Shown: positions 1 through 9,837, numbered from the stretch's first letter. The stretch is DNA of 64,000 bases from Armatimonadota bacterium (GCA_046292385.1 JBKBRF010000002.1:1-64000); one strand, 5' to 3'. The notes: generated from the letters alone by a model not told the origin. Translations and numbers: made by a program.

Positions 1-244
1 CCGGCTGTAAAGCGAGTACCCGCCCTGCAGCCGGCAAAACATACTCTGCGCCCCGGGGCGCACCAACTTTACAGCGTGTGACACTTGCCACCGCTTCCCC
101 GCCAGGGGAATCTCGCCGGAGGGCTCGGCCGCCGGAGGCGACCTCCCTGCCCTCCGGCAGGGAATCGGGAAAGCGGCGCGATACCATTAGCCGGAACGCC
201 GCCGTTTGTCCGCCGCCCGTCCGGCACCCGGGAGCCCGTACGCA

Positions 245-1327
245 ATGAGCGCCATCGTCCACCGCAGCAGTGACATCAGTGACCTGGCCGAGAAGGTCTG
301 GGCCGGAGAGCGGCTCTCCTTCGAGGACGGCCTGCGCCTCTTCGAGTGCGAGGACCTGCCGCTGCTCGGATCGCTGGCGGACCTGGTGCGGCAGCGGAAG
401 CACCCGAGCCAGATCGTCACCTTCAACATCGGGCGGAACATCAATTACACCAACGTCTGCTGGGTCCGCTGCAAGTTCTGCGCCTTCTACCGCGTGCCGG
501 GCCATGACGAGGGCTACACGCTCACCGATGAGGAGCTGCTCGAGAAGTGCCGCGAGCTGGTAGAGCTGGGCGGGCGGGAGATCCTGATCCAGGGCGGGCT
601 GAACCCGAAGCTGAAGATCGACTTCTTCGAGCGGATCTTCCGGCTGGTGAAGAGCGAGTTCCCCGAGATCGACATCCACGGTCTCTCCAGCGCGGAGATC
701 AACTACGTGGCGCACATCAGCAAGCTCTCCTTGGAGGAGACGCTCACCCGCCTGCGCGCGGCGGGGCTGAACACCATCCCCGGCGCGGGGGAGATGCTGG
801 TCGACGAGGTCCGCGAGCAGATCGCGCCGCTGAAGGAGAAGACGGAGCGCTGGGTGGAGCTGATGCGCACCGCGCACCGGCTCGGCATCCGCAGCTCCGC
901 CACGATGGTCTACGGCTGGGGCGAGACCTACGCCCAGCGGCTGGAGCACATGCAGCGGGTGCGGGATCTCCAGGACGAGACCGGCGGCTTCACCGCCTGG
1001 ATCAGCTGGAGCTTTCAGCCGGACAACACGGAGCTGGGCGGCAAGAAGGCGAGCGGCTGGGACTACCTGAAGAACACCGCCGTCTCCCGGCTCTTCCTGG
1101 ACAACGTGCCGAACCTGCAGGCCTCCTGGGTCACCCAGGGCCCCAAGCTCGCGCAGATCGGGCTGCGCTACGGACTGAACGACTTCGGCAGCACGATGAT
1201 GGAGGAGAACGTCGTCTCCCCCACCGGCACCAACTTCCTGATGCAGATCGAAGAGATCCGCCGCCTCATCCGCGAAGCCGGCTACGAGCCGCGGGTAAGG
1301 GACACGCTCTACAACCTGCTGGACTAG
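245..1327 (+). CDS. mqnC: Cyclic dehypoxanthinyl futalosine synthase (radical SAM, futalosine menaquinone pathway)
   Basis: RNINYTNVCWVRCKFC (CxxxCxxC), LIQGGLNP and NLQASWVTQG...NDFGSTMMEENVV are MqnC/CofH-family motifs; ATG at 245 preferred over the ORF-track start at 206. Confidence 0.9.
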   Translation: MSAIVHRSSDISDLAEKVWAGERLSFEDGLRLFECEDLPLLGSLADLVRQRKHPSQIVTFNIGRNINYTNVCWVRCKFCAFYRVPGHDEGYTLTDEELLEKCRELVELGGREILIQGGLNPKLKIDFFERIFRLVKSEFPEIDIHGLSSAEINYVAHISKLSLEETLTRLRAAGLNTIPGAGEMLVDEVREQIAPLKEKTERWVELMRTAHRLGIRSSATMVYGWGETYAQRLEHMQRVRDLQDETGGFTAWISWSFQPDNTELGGKKASGWDYLKNTAVSRLFLDNVPNLQASWVTQGPKLAQIGLRYGLNDFGSTMMEENVVSPTGTNFLMQIEEIRRLIREAGYEPRVRDTLYNLLD

Positions 1328-1642
1328 CCGAACCTGTTTAACCACAGAGCACACAGAGGGCACCGAGAGGAACCAGGGAGGCGGGCCTGTGCCGCTTCGC
1401 GATCCCCTGCTGCGGCCCCGGTTCGAACCTGGTTTTACCGCAGAGGCCGCGGAGAGCGCAGAGGGAACGCAGAGGGGAACCAGCCTTAACCGCCAAGAGC
1501 GCCAAGAGGAAAAGGCCGGATCTGCCTCACCAGTCCCGTACAGCGATCCCGGAGCTACTCCTACTGGTTCCCCCCTCTGCGTCCTTTGCGCTCTCTGCGG
1601 TGAATCCCCGTTCGGTTCCGCTCCGTGCGATCCGTGGTGAAT
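1328..1642. repeat. Composite nested inverted-repeat element with 9-nt periodic arms (copy A)
   Basis: Left arms ACCACAGAGCACACAGAGGGCACCGAG and ACCGCAGAGGCCGCGGAGAGCGCAGAG; inverted right arm CTCTGCGTCCTTTGCGCTCTCTGCGGT; homologous to 22999-23370; lies between convergent genes. Confidence 0.85.
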
Positions 1643-1652
1643 CACCGCTCCC

Positions 1653-3143
1653 TCAGTCATCCATTGGGATCGGCTCCCCCGGGTGGATCGGCTCGTTCTC
1701 CCAGTAGACGGTGCCGTCTTTCAGCTCCACCAGGCGCGACTTGCTGCCCGGTAGCGGCGGGGCGCTCTGGGCGGGAAGCCAGCGGGCGAGCTCCTGCTTC
1801 TTACCCGTCAGGGAGCGGCAGGCGGCGAGGTTGGTCCACTCGTGCGGGTCGGTCCGGAGGTCGTACAGCTCCTCGGAGCCGTCGGCGTAGCGGATGTAGC
1901 GCCAGTCCTCCGAGCGGACCGCGTGGCTGCCGGGGCCGTGGGTGGTGATGGCCGGTCTCTCCCGCGGGGCGATCGAGTCTTTCAGCAGCGCGGAGAGGCT
2001 CTGCCCCTCCAGCCCCTGCGGAGCGGGCAGGCCGGCCAGCTCCGCCAGGGTGGGATAGAGGTCGAGCAGCTCGACCGGCCGCCCGGAGCGGCCGCCGGGG
2101 GTGATGCCGGGACCGGCGAAGATCAGCGGGACCCGGGTGGAGCGGTCCCAGAGCGTGTTCTTGCCGGTGACGCCCTTTTCGCCCAGGTGCCAGCCGTGGT
2201 CGCTCCAGAGCACCACCACCGTCCGGTCCGCCTGGCCGCTGGCGCGCAGCGCGTCGAGGATGCGGCCGACCTGCCCGTCGACGAAGCTGATGCTGGCGAG
2301 GTAGGCGCGGACCAGCGACCGCCACTCACCCTCCCGCTGCAGCCACCGCAGGCGCGGCTCCGGCAGCTTCCAGTGGAGGTACCAGGAGTAGCGCGGGGTG
2401 TCGTCCCGGTCGTCCGCCTTCACCGGCGGCATCTGCAGCGTCGCTTCCGGGTAGAGGTCGAACCACTGCTGCGAGGCGTAGCAGGGCACGTGCGGCCGGC
2501 GCAGCCCCACCGCCAGGAAGTACGGCTGCGGACCCGGACGGCGGATCTGCTCGATCGCCCAGTCGGCCACCTTCGCGTCGTCCTGGTCCTCGTCCCGCTG
2601 CGGGAAGACGCCCCAGTCGACCAGCGGGTGCGGATCCGGCGTCTCGACGAACTTCCGCGGCGGCTGCGGCCCGAACGTCCCGCCGAAGCCCCAGGTGCCG
2701 AACTCGTTTCCGTCCGTGCGCTCCGCCGCGGCGGGGTAGCCGTCGTGGAAGATCTTGCCGGTGGTGAGGGTGCGGTAGCCGTGTCGCTGCAGGTACTGCG
2801 GCAGCGTCTGGTGGTCCTTCCACCGCGCGGATGTGCGGAACCAGGGCTGCAGCGCGTAGACGCCGGTGGTGGTGGGCCGCAGCCCGGTCAGCACGCTGGT
2901 GCGGGACGGGTTGCAGAGCGGCGCCTGGCAGTGCGCGTTGGTGAAGAGCGTGCCGCGCCGGGCCAGGCGGTCGATGTGCGGCGTCCGCGCCTGCGGGTGC
3001 CCTTGCAGGCAGCCGAGCCAGTCGTTCAGGTCGTCAATGGCGATGAACAGGATGTTCGGCCGCTCCGCCGCGCCCGCCGGCCGGCCGGAGTAGCCGGAGA
3101 GCAGCGCGAAGAGCAGCAGCAGGGCGAGGAGTGGGTGGCGCAT
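1653..3143 (-). CDS. Secreted sulfatase (iduronate/choline sulfatase-like)
   Basis: Signal peptide, RPNILFIAIDDL, CNPSR (CxPxR formylglycine motif), GKIFH, SDHGWHLGEK; ATG at 3143. Confidence 0.92.
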   Translation of the reverse strand: MRHPLLALLLLFALLSGYSGRPAGAAERPNILFIAIDDLNDWLGCLQGHPQARTPHIDRLARRGTLFTNAHCQAPLCNPSRTSVLTGLRPTTTGVYALQPWFRTSARWKDHQTLPQYLQRHGYRTLTTGKIFHDGYPAAAERTDGNEFGTWGFGGTFGPQPPRKFVETPDPHPLVDWGVFPQRDEDQDDAKVADWAIEQIRRPGPQPYFLAVGLRRPHVPCYASQQWFDLYPEATLQMPPVKADDRDDTPRYSWYLHWKLPEPRLRWLQREGEWRSLVRAYLASISFVDGQVGRILDALRASGQADRTVVVLWSDHGWHLGEKGVTGKNTLWDRSTRVPLIFAGPGITPGGRSGRPVELLDLYPTLAELAGLPAPQGLEGQSLSALLKDSIAPRERPAITTHGPGSHAVRSEDWRYIRYADGSEELYDLRTDPHEWTNLAACRSLTGKKQELARWLPAQSAPPLPGSKSRLVELKDGTVYWENEPIHPGEPIPMDD

Positions 3144-3346
3144 GACGTAACCTGAATCCAATCGCAGCGACAGGAAGAAGAGAGCGTCTTTTAGGACTGA
3201 AAATCGCTTTGGCTCCGAGGTGATTGTTGGGCGAAAACCAAACAGGCCGGAGAGAGTTCCCTCGTCGCAGTTCCGCAGGCCAATTCGCAGCAAAGCCCGA
3301 CGGTGTCAGTGATTAAGGATCAATGCTTCTACGCGGAGGATTCAGC

Positions 3347-5032
3347 ATGGTGCGGCTCAGGTCCTGGCTTTTCGCCAGCTTTATGCTGCTGGTGGTAAGT
3401 GCGGCGGCGGCGGAGACGGACTTCGTCAAGTCGGCTTCAACCGCGGACCCCCGGCTCTCCCGTCGTGAATCGATCAGTGGGCACCGCATCTACGTCGCGG
3501 AGTTGCTCGAAAAGGTCACTGCGAAGTGGGGTGTCCCGGTTTCCGCGGAGGAAGGCGCCGGCGATTACCAGGTGACGCTGCACCTGACCGATGTCCCTCT
3601 ATCGTCGGTAATGGATGGGCTGTGGTCACTCCTGAGCCGTGAGAATGCCTCCTGGAAATGGATCCGGAGTGGAGATCCGGGAGAGTACGAATACCGGCTC
3701 ATCCGCCCCCTTGCCGCGCGGCAACTGCCCGGAAAGCTCCGCGCGGAGCTACAGGCGGATTTCGAGTCTCACGCTGACGCCATGCTCTCGGCGTTAGACA
3801 TGACGCCCGAGGAGCAGCGGAAGCTCGCCGAGCGCGACCCTGCCGTGGCTCTCATGACCCCGGGTTCCAGGCTGCGCGATGGTCTGCAGGCATTCTCCGA
3901 CTCGGTCTCTCCGGAGCAGCGTACCCGAGTTCTTCGTGGGGAGGATACGCTTACGATCCCGGTAGACCAGCTCTCGGATCAGGGCAAGTCGTTCGTACAC
4001 TCCATCTGGAGCCAGAGTCAGGCACAGCGCCGCAACGCAGCCGGCGGCTGGGAGGCGGTTCCGCCTCCAGCTAATATCCGTATCTACACCAGGCCGTCTG
4101 GAGCCCGCCTCGCGCCGACGCTCTTTATCGCTCTGGATGGACTCGGGGGCTACGGATACCTCGGAGGAAACCCATTTGAGAAGCGGCAGCGTGAGAAAAT
4201 GGACGCGCTCTGGATGCTCCCCGGAGATGCTGCCAGCCATCTTGTCGCACGCGCTCGAATTTCGGAGGAGCCAGCGGAGCAGGAGCGGGAACCGCGCATC
4301 TCGACGGATGATGCCCTAGCTCGGCGTCTGGATGAACTGGCGGACGCGGCCCCGCTCGATTACCTGGCTCTGCTGCCGCGGCGGCGGCACCCGGACCCGG
4401 GATCCCCACGAGCTAATGTGGTCGAGGAGTTTCTCGACCGCCTGTACCTGCAGCGGAAGTGGAGAGGCGATTTACTCCTCCTGACCTATCCCACCTGGTT
4501 CACTCTGGAGGGCGAGGAAGGGAATCCCCCCTGGTCGCTAGTCAAGAGTCTGCGTGATGCGGAGGTGGGGGCGGCGAAGGGGGAGCGGCCCGATGAGGGA
4601 ACGATCGCGGAACTGCGGGCCAGAGAGAAGGAAGGCGGCGGCTGGCTGACGTTGAGACATCTCGCCTGGGCCGCTGCGACTCTCACGGAGCAGCAGCTTA
4701 CTCGGCTAGCCGAGGAATTCCCGGTCATGGCGAACGTGGCGCAGGCCCGACCATTCCTGGCAGTGCTTCACCATTCGGCTCCGCTGCGCACGCGGCTTGC
4801 CTCCGCACGAGGCGTTGGCATGGAGCAGTTCCGAGCGGCGGTCGGGACCCCACTCCGGCCGGATCTGCAGCGGCTACTCTCCACTCCGGGGGGAACCGCG
4901 GTGCGGATCCGCGAGACGGAAGCGGAGGCCAATGGAGTCCCCGTACGCCGCATCTCTATCGAGATCCTGGGACGCGGCGGTAGAGTAGTGGGCGGATTCA
5001 ACTTCACTCACCGGATGAGATCGGCCAAATAG
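3347..5032 (+). CDS. Secreted hypothetical protein (N-terminus loosely resembles secretin N0/STN-type domains)
   Basis: Long ORF, GGAGGA RBS before ATG 3347, signal peptide; visibly more A/T at third positions than neighbours. Confidence 0.7.
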   Translation: MVRLRSWLFASFMLLVVSAAAAETDFVKSASTADPRLSRRESISGHRIYVAELLEKVTAKWGVPVSAEEGAGDYQVTLHLTDVPLSSVMDGLWSLLSRENASWKWIRSGDPGEYEYRLIRPLAARQLPGKLRAELQADFESHADAMLSALDMTPEEQRKLAERDPAVALMTPGSRLRDGLQAFSDSVSPEQRTRVLRGEDTLTIPVDQLSDQGKSFVHSIWSQSQAQRRNAAGGWEAVPPPANIRIYTRPSGARLAPTLFIALDGLGGYGYLGGNPFEKRQREKMDALWMLPGDAASHLVARARISEEPAEQEREPRISTDDALARRLDELADAAPLDYLALLPRRRHPDPGSPRANVVEEFLDRLYLQRKWRGDLLLLTYPTWFTLEGEEGNPPWSLVKSLRDAEVGAAKGERPDEGTIAELRAREKEGGGWLTLRHLAWAAATLTEQQLTRLAEEFPVMANVAQARPFLAVLHHSAPLRTRLASARGVGMEQFRAAVGTPLRPDLQRLLSTPGGTAVRIRETEAEANGVPVRRISIEILGRGGRVVGGFNFTHRMRSAK

Positions 5033-5519
5033 CTCCCCGCGTGCTCTGGACTACTCACCGCGAGAATCTTGTCGAGCCGCGCAGATTCCTCCCGGGGAGT
5101 GCTCCTTTGGAGCCCGGAAGCGCTGCCGGAGGCAGGGCTGGAGGGTTTCACCTGTGACCACCCCTGCGAGGGGTGGTCGCTTGAGCCGCCCGGAGCGGCC
5201 CGTGAACCGTCGTCCCGCCGATGGCACCGCTTCCGGACGCGGAGCGCAGCCAACCGATGGGCACGCCCGCAGCGCCCGCTAGCGCAGGCGAAGCCGGAGC
5301 GTGAAAGGGCTGCGGAGGGCCACCCACGCGGGAGGGCCGCTCCGGGTGGGGAGGGCGCGGGGTGGATTCTCGGCGCGATGCTGATCTCGACTGACCGAGC
5401 CTTCTCCCGCCGCCGTGAGTTTGGTTGCGGCATCAGCCGCGCTGTGTAGTCCCGAAAGCCTTCGGGACGGGAATTCGGCAGCACTTCCTGCCTACCCATA
5501 AGCCCTCTGCGGTTCTGTG

Positions 5520-8024
5520 TCAGCAGGGCGTCACCGCCTCTGCCAGCTCTCCGCGGAGGGCGCAGGCGCAGTCGGCGTGGCCCAGGACGAAGACGCAGTC
5601 GCCCGCTTCCAGGCGGGTGTCGCCGCGGGGGACCAGCGCCTCGTCCCCGCGGCGGACGCTGACCAGCACGCAGTCGCGCGGCAGCGAGAGCTCCCGCACC
5701 TGGCGGCCGGCCGCGGGCGAGCCGGGAGTGAGGCAGACGCGGAAGAAGCGAAGGTCGCCGAGCGACTCGGAGGGCGCTCCGCCCGGCAGCTCTCCCGCGC
5801 GCGGCTCCGGCGCCGCGGCGGCGATGCGGCTGTAGGCGAGCACCACGTCGGCGCGGCGGAGCATGCCGAGCAGCCGCCCCGGGTCGCGGGGGTCGACCAC
5901 CGGCAGGCGGCCCACGTCTCGCCCTTCGAGCTGGCGGACCGCCTCCGCTACCGTCTGGTCCGGGTAGCAGACCAGGAGGTCGCGAGAGCAGATCTCGCCG
6001 ACCGTCGTCCCCGGGTCGCCGCCGTAGAGCGCGTCCTCGACGTCGGAGAGGGTGACGAGGCCGGAGAGGCGGCCGTCGGCGTCAGTGACGGGGAAGCCGT
6101 GCTGGTGGGTCACCTGCATCAGGGTGAAGACCTCCTCCAGCGGCAGCTCTTCCGGCACCGGGCTCGGCTCCCGGTTCATCACCTCTTCCACGCGGATGGA
6201 GGCCCAGGCGTCGCCCTCGGCGCTCTCCTGTCCGATGAACTGCTTGGCGCAGAGCTCCGCGTAGAGGCCGTTGCGGAGTAAGAGCTCGTCGTGCGTGCCG
6301 CGCTCCACCACCCGTCCCCGGTCCAGCACCAGGATCTGGTCCGCGTTCACGATGGTGCTCAGGCGGTGCGCCACCACGAAGCTGGTCCGCCCCTCCATCA
6401 GCCGGCCCAGCGCCTCCTGGATCAGCCGCTCCGACTCCGAGTCGAGCGAGGAAGTCGCCTCGTCCAGGATCAGGATGCGCGGGTCCTTCAGCAGCGCCCG
6501 CGCGATGCTGACCCGCTGCCGCTGCCCGCCGGAGAGGTGCGCGCCGCGCTCGCCGACCAGCGTGTCGTACCCCTCCGGCAGCTCCATGATGAAGTCGTGC
6601 GCGTTCGCCGCCTTTGCCGCCTGCACGATCTCCTCGTCGGTCGCGCCCCGGCGGCCGAGCGCGATGTTGTGCCGCACGCTCCCGGTGAAGAGGATCGGCT
6701 CCTGCAGCACCACGCCGACCTGCCGCCGCAGCTCCCGCAGCGGCAGCTCCCGCAGGTCGCGGCCGTCGATCCGGATCGCGCCGCCGGAGACGTCGTAGAA
6801 GCGGAGCAGCAGCTTCGTCATCGTCGTCTTGCCGGAGCCGCTCGGGCCGACGAAGGCGACCATCTGCCCCGGCTGCGCGTCGAGATCGATCTCGTGGAGG
6901 ATCGGCCGCCCCTCCTCGTACTCGAACGAGACCTTCTCGAAGCGCACGTGGCCCGCCAGCCGCTCCCCCGCGGCGCCGTCTCCGCCCTCCGCCACGTCCG
7001 GCTCGGTATCGAGGATCTCGAAGACGCGGTCGACCGCCCCCATCGAGTTCTGGTAGACCTGGTTCAGCTCCGCGAAGCGGGAGAGCGGCCCGTAGAGGTA
7101 GGTGACGTAGGAGTAGAACTGCACCAGCATGCCGGCGGTGAGCTGCCCGGCCAGCACCAGCTGCCCGCCCCACCAGAGGAGCAGGATCGTCCCGGTGCCG
7201 GTCAGGAAGGTGGTGAGGAAGTTCAGCCGCGCGTTCATGGTGGTGCGGCGGACCTGCCGGTCGTAGTGCCCGCGGGTCTCGTGGACGAACTGCCGCTCGC
7301 TGGCGCGCTCCTGCGTGAACGCCTGGACCACCTGCATCCCCGCCAGCCGCTCGAAGACGGTGCCGGAGATCTCGGAGAATTTCTCCTGGATCTCCTTACT
7401 GAGCGCCCGGATCTGGGGGTTCAGCCACCGCAGCCCCGCCACGTACCCCGGCATGATCACGCACGCGATCAGCGTGAGCCGCCACTCCAGGCGCAGCAGC
7501 ACCAGCACCGTGAAGGCGAGCGCCACCGTGTCGATCACCACCGAGATGACGCCGCTGCCGATCAGGTTCTGCGCCACGCTGATGTCGTTCAGCACCCGGG
7601 AGCCGATGCTGCCGACCTGGTGCGTGTCGAAGAAGCGCTGGGAGAGCCGGTGGAGGTGGGTGTAGAGATGCCGGCGGAGGTCGAAGACCACCCGATTGCC
7701 GACCCGGCTCATCAGCACCGACTCGCCGTACTGCGCCACGCAGCGGGCCAGCAGCGCGCCGATCAGGATCAGGGAGACCTGGTGCACCTGCGCCACCGCG
7801 GCCGCGCGATCGGCCCCGGTCAGCGTGTCGAGCCGCATCAGGGCGCCGTCGAGCAGCACCCCCACGCCCCACGGCGTCACGAACTGCAGCACGTACCGGG
7901 TGATCCCCAGCACCACCACCAGCGAGATCAGCCACCGGTACGGCCGCGCGTACGCCAGAAAGCGCCGCAGGTTCCGCGAGCCTTCCTCCGGGCGTTCTCC
8001 CGCCGCTTCACCGCCGCTTCCCAT
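5520..8024 (-). CDS. ABC exporter (TMD+NBD) fused to tandem CBS domains and an RCK_C/TrkA_C domain
   Basis: TM helices, GPSGSGKT, LSGGQRQR, ILILDEATSSLD, VAHRLST; then CBS pair (VEEVM..HGFPV..GLVTLSD; VGRLPVV..GMLRRAD) and SPAAGRQVRELSLP..VPRGDTRLEAGD; GGAGGGG RBS before ATG 8024. Confidence 0.92.
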   Translation of the reverse strand: MGSGGEAAGERPEEGSRNLRRFLAYARPYRWLISLVVVLGITRYVLQFVTPWGVGVLLDGALMRLDTLTGADRAAAVAQVHQVSLILIGALLARCVAQYGESVLMSRVGNRVVFDLRRHLYTHLHRLSQRFFDTHQVGSIGSRVLNDISVAQNLIGSGVISVVIDTVALAFTVLVLLRLEWRLTLIACVIMPGYVAGLRWLNPQIRALSKEIQEKFSEISGTVFERLAGMQVVQAFTQERASERQFVHETRGHYDRQVRRTTMNARLNFLTTFLTGTGTILLLWWGGQLVLAGQLTAGMLVQFYSYVTYLYGPLSRFAELNQVYQNSMGAVDRVFEILDTEPDVAEGGDGAAGERLAGHVRFEKVSFEYEEGRPILHEIDLDAQPGQMVAFVGPSGSGKTTMTKLLLRFYDVSGGAIRIDGRDLRELPLRELRRQVGVVLQEPILFTGSVRHNIALGRRGATDEEIVQAAKAANAHDFIMELPEGYDTLVGERGAHLSGGQRQRVSIARALLKDPRILILDEATSSLDSESERLIQEALGRLMEGRTSFVVAHRLSTIVNADQILVLDRGRVVERGTHDELLLRNGLYAELCAKQFIGQESAEGDAWASIRVEEVMNREPSPVPEELPLEEVFTLMQVTHQHGFPVTDADGRLSGLVTLSDVEDALYGGDPGTTVGEICSRDLLVCYPDQTVAEAVRQLEGRDVGRLPVVDPRDPGRLLGMLRRADVVLAYSRIAAAAPEPRAGELPGGAPSESLGDLRFFRVCLTPGSPAAGRQVRELSLPRDCVLVSVRRGDEALVPRGDTRLEAGDCVFVLGHADCACALRGELAEAVTPC

Positions 8025-8115
8025 CGACAACCCCCTCCGGGCCGCGGATCCGGGGAGCCACCCCGACCTCAGCAGAGGTTGCCGGAAATCGCCGCACTCA
8101 AACCCGGACTCGGAA

Positions 8116-8151
8116 GGATGAAGGATGAGGGATGAGGGATGAGGGATGAAT
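8116..8151. repeat. Heptamer tandem repeat (GGATGAG/GGATGAA) x5
   Basis: Seen directly; the same arm followed by CCGAACC recurs at about 56295-56330. Confidence 0.85.
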
Positions 8152-8176
8152 TCCGAACCGCTGGTCCGGTGGAGCT

Positions 8177-8460
8177 GATCGCTGGACGGGAGGCTGCTGC
8201 TGTCCGCCAGTTGTGCGGAGAAAGAGAACGAGAACGAGAAGGAGCCTGGTTCGGTTGGCTGCCTATCCCCCTATCCCCGTTCCCACATCCCCCCATCCCC
8301 TGAAAGGTCCGGCGGACGCGATCGCTGGACGGGAGGCTGCTGCTGTCCGCCAGGTGTCCGGAGAAAGAGAAGGAGAATGAGAAAGAGAAGGAGCCTGGTT
8401 CGGTTGGCTGCCTATCCCCTCATCCCCGTTCCCACATCCCCCCATCCCCTGAAAGGTCCG
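8177..8460. repeat. Tandem direct duplication of a ~135-141 bp unit (8177-8311 and 8320-8460)
   Basis: Near-identical units GATCGCTGGACGGGAGGCTGCTGCTGTCCGCCAG..(GAGAAN)n GGAGCCTGGTTCGGTTGGCTGCCTATCCCC..TGAAAGGTCCG; unit 2 has one extra hexamer. Confidence 0.92.
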
Positions 8461-8463
8461 TCC

Positions 8464-9837
8464 TCAGAGCAGCTCGTAGATCGGGGTGCCTTCGGAGAGC
8501 GGGATGGGGCGGCCTTCTAGCGAGGGGTAGGTCATCGCCTGGGGGTCGTAGCCTAGGGCCTGGAAGACCGTGGCGTGGAGGTCGGCCGGGGTGACGGGGC
8601 GGGAGATCGGCTCGGAGGCGGTGCGGTCCGACTCGCCGACCACCTGCCCGCCGCGGATGCCGCCGCCGGCCAGCACCACGGAGTTGCACTGCGGCCAGTG
8701 GTCGCGGCCGGCGTCCGCGTTGATCTTGGGAGTGCGGCCGAAGTCGCCCATCCAGATCACCAGCGTCTCATCCAGCAGCCCGCGCTGGTCCAGGTCGTCC
8801 AGCAGCGCGGTGTAGGCCTTCTCCATCGGCGGGACCAGCCGGTCCTTGTGGCCGTTGAAGTTGTCCTTGTGGGTGTCCCAGACGATGCTCTGGCCGTTGA
8901 CGGTGGTGACGAACTTCGCGCCCGCCTCGATCAGCCGCCGGGCGAGGAGGTGGGACTGGCCCCAGGTGTGGCGGCCGTAGCGGTCCCGCACGGCGTCCGG
9001 CTCCTGGGAGAGGTCGAACGCCCGCCGCACCTCCGGCGACGTGACCAGGGAGAACGCCTTCTGACTCACCACGTCCATCTCTTCGAAGGCGGGGCTGGGG
9101 ATCGACCGGAGGCCCTGGTCGATCCGCTCCAGCAGCGCCTTGCGTCCCTGCATCCGCTCGGGAGTGACCCCGGCCACCAGCTCCAGGTTCGGCACCTTGA
9201 AGTCCTTGGCGTTCGGGTTGCTGTTCAGCACGAACGGGTCGTACTGCTTGCCCAGCATGCCGCCGAACTGCCCGGGCGTGATGTAGACGGTGCTGTCGCA
9301 GTGCGGCTCCGGCGTGATGACGTAGGGCGGCAGCGCGGCGGTGTAGCCGTTCTTGCGGGCGAGCCAGCCGACCAGCGTGCCGAAGCTGGGGTAGTCGTTC
9401 GAGGTGGGGTTGATCAGGGTGCTGTCGACCGGATAGGGGCGCCCCACGATCGAGTAGTACATCCCGGAGTTGTGCTGCGCCTGGGTGTGGTGGACGGTCC
9501 GGATGACGGCGTAGCGGTGCGCCATCTTCGCCAGGCCCGGCAGCAGCTCGGAGATCTCGATGCCGGAGACGTTCGTCTTGATCGGCTTGAACGGACCGCG
9601 GATCTCCTCCGGCGCGTCCGGCTTCATGTCCCAGAGGTCGATGTGGCTCGGCGCGCCGCAGTTGTAGATCAGGATGACCGACTTCGCCTTGCCGCCCCGC
9701 GCGGCGCCCGCCGCCTCCGCGCGGCCCCAGTCGGTCAGCGACAGCCCCAGCGTGCCGAGGCCGCCGACCCGCAGCACCTCCCGGCGGGTCCAGCTATCAC
9801 ACAGCCGCGTCTTTCCCGGAAATCTCAGCGAGAGCAT
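8464..9837 (-). CDS. DUF1501 domain protein (Tat-like leader)
   Basis: TRREVLRVG leader, APSHIDLWDMKP, WDTHKDN, GDFGRTPKIN..GRDHWP. Confidence 0.9.
   Translation of the reverse strand: MLSLRFPGKTRLCDSWTRREVLRVGGLGTLGLSLTDWGRAEAAGAARGGKAKSVILIYNCGAPSHIDLWDMKPDAPEEIRGPFKPIKTNVSGIEISELLPGLAKMAHRYAVIRTVHHTQAQHNSGMYYSIVGRPYPVDSTLINPTSNDYPSFGTLVGWLARKNGYTAALPPYVITPEPHCDSTVYITPGQFGGMLGKQYDPFVLNSNPNAKDFKVPNLELVAGVTPERMQGRKALLERIDQGLRSIPSPAFEEMDVVSQKAFSLVTSPEVRRAFDLSQEPDAVRDRYGRHTWGQSHLLARRLIEAGAKFVTTVNGQSIVWDTHKDNFNGHKDRLVPPMEKAYTALLDDLDQRGLLDETLVIWMGDFGRTPKINADAGRDHWPQCNSVVLAGGGIRGGQVVGESDRTASEPISRPVTPADLHATVFQALGYDPQAMTYPSLEGRPIPLSEGTPIYELL

Noticed and set aside
155..205. Cobalamin riboswitch (AGGGAA motif) before mqnC
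   Set aside because: No B12 box or GCCCCCGCAACTGT-like element
5288..5320. Group II intron domain V look-alike (AGCCGGAGCGTGAAAG)
   Set aside because: The pairing 3' strand, domain VI and an RT gene are absent
8177..8460. CRISPR array
   Set aside because: Only two long units with no unique spacers and no cas genes; the other repeats also lack repeat-spacer structure
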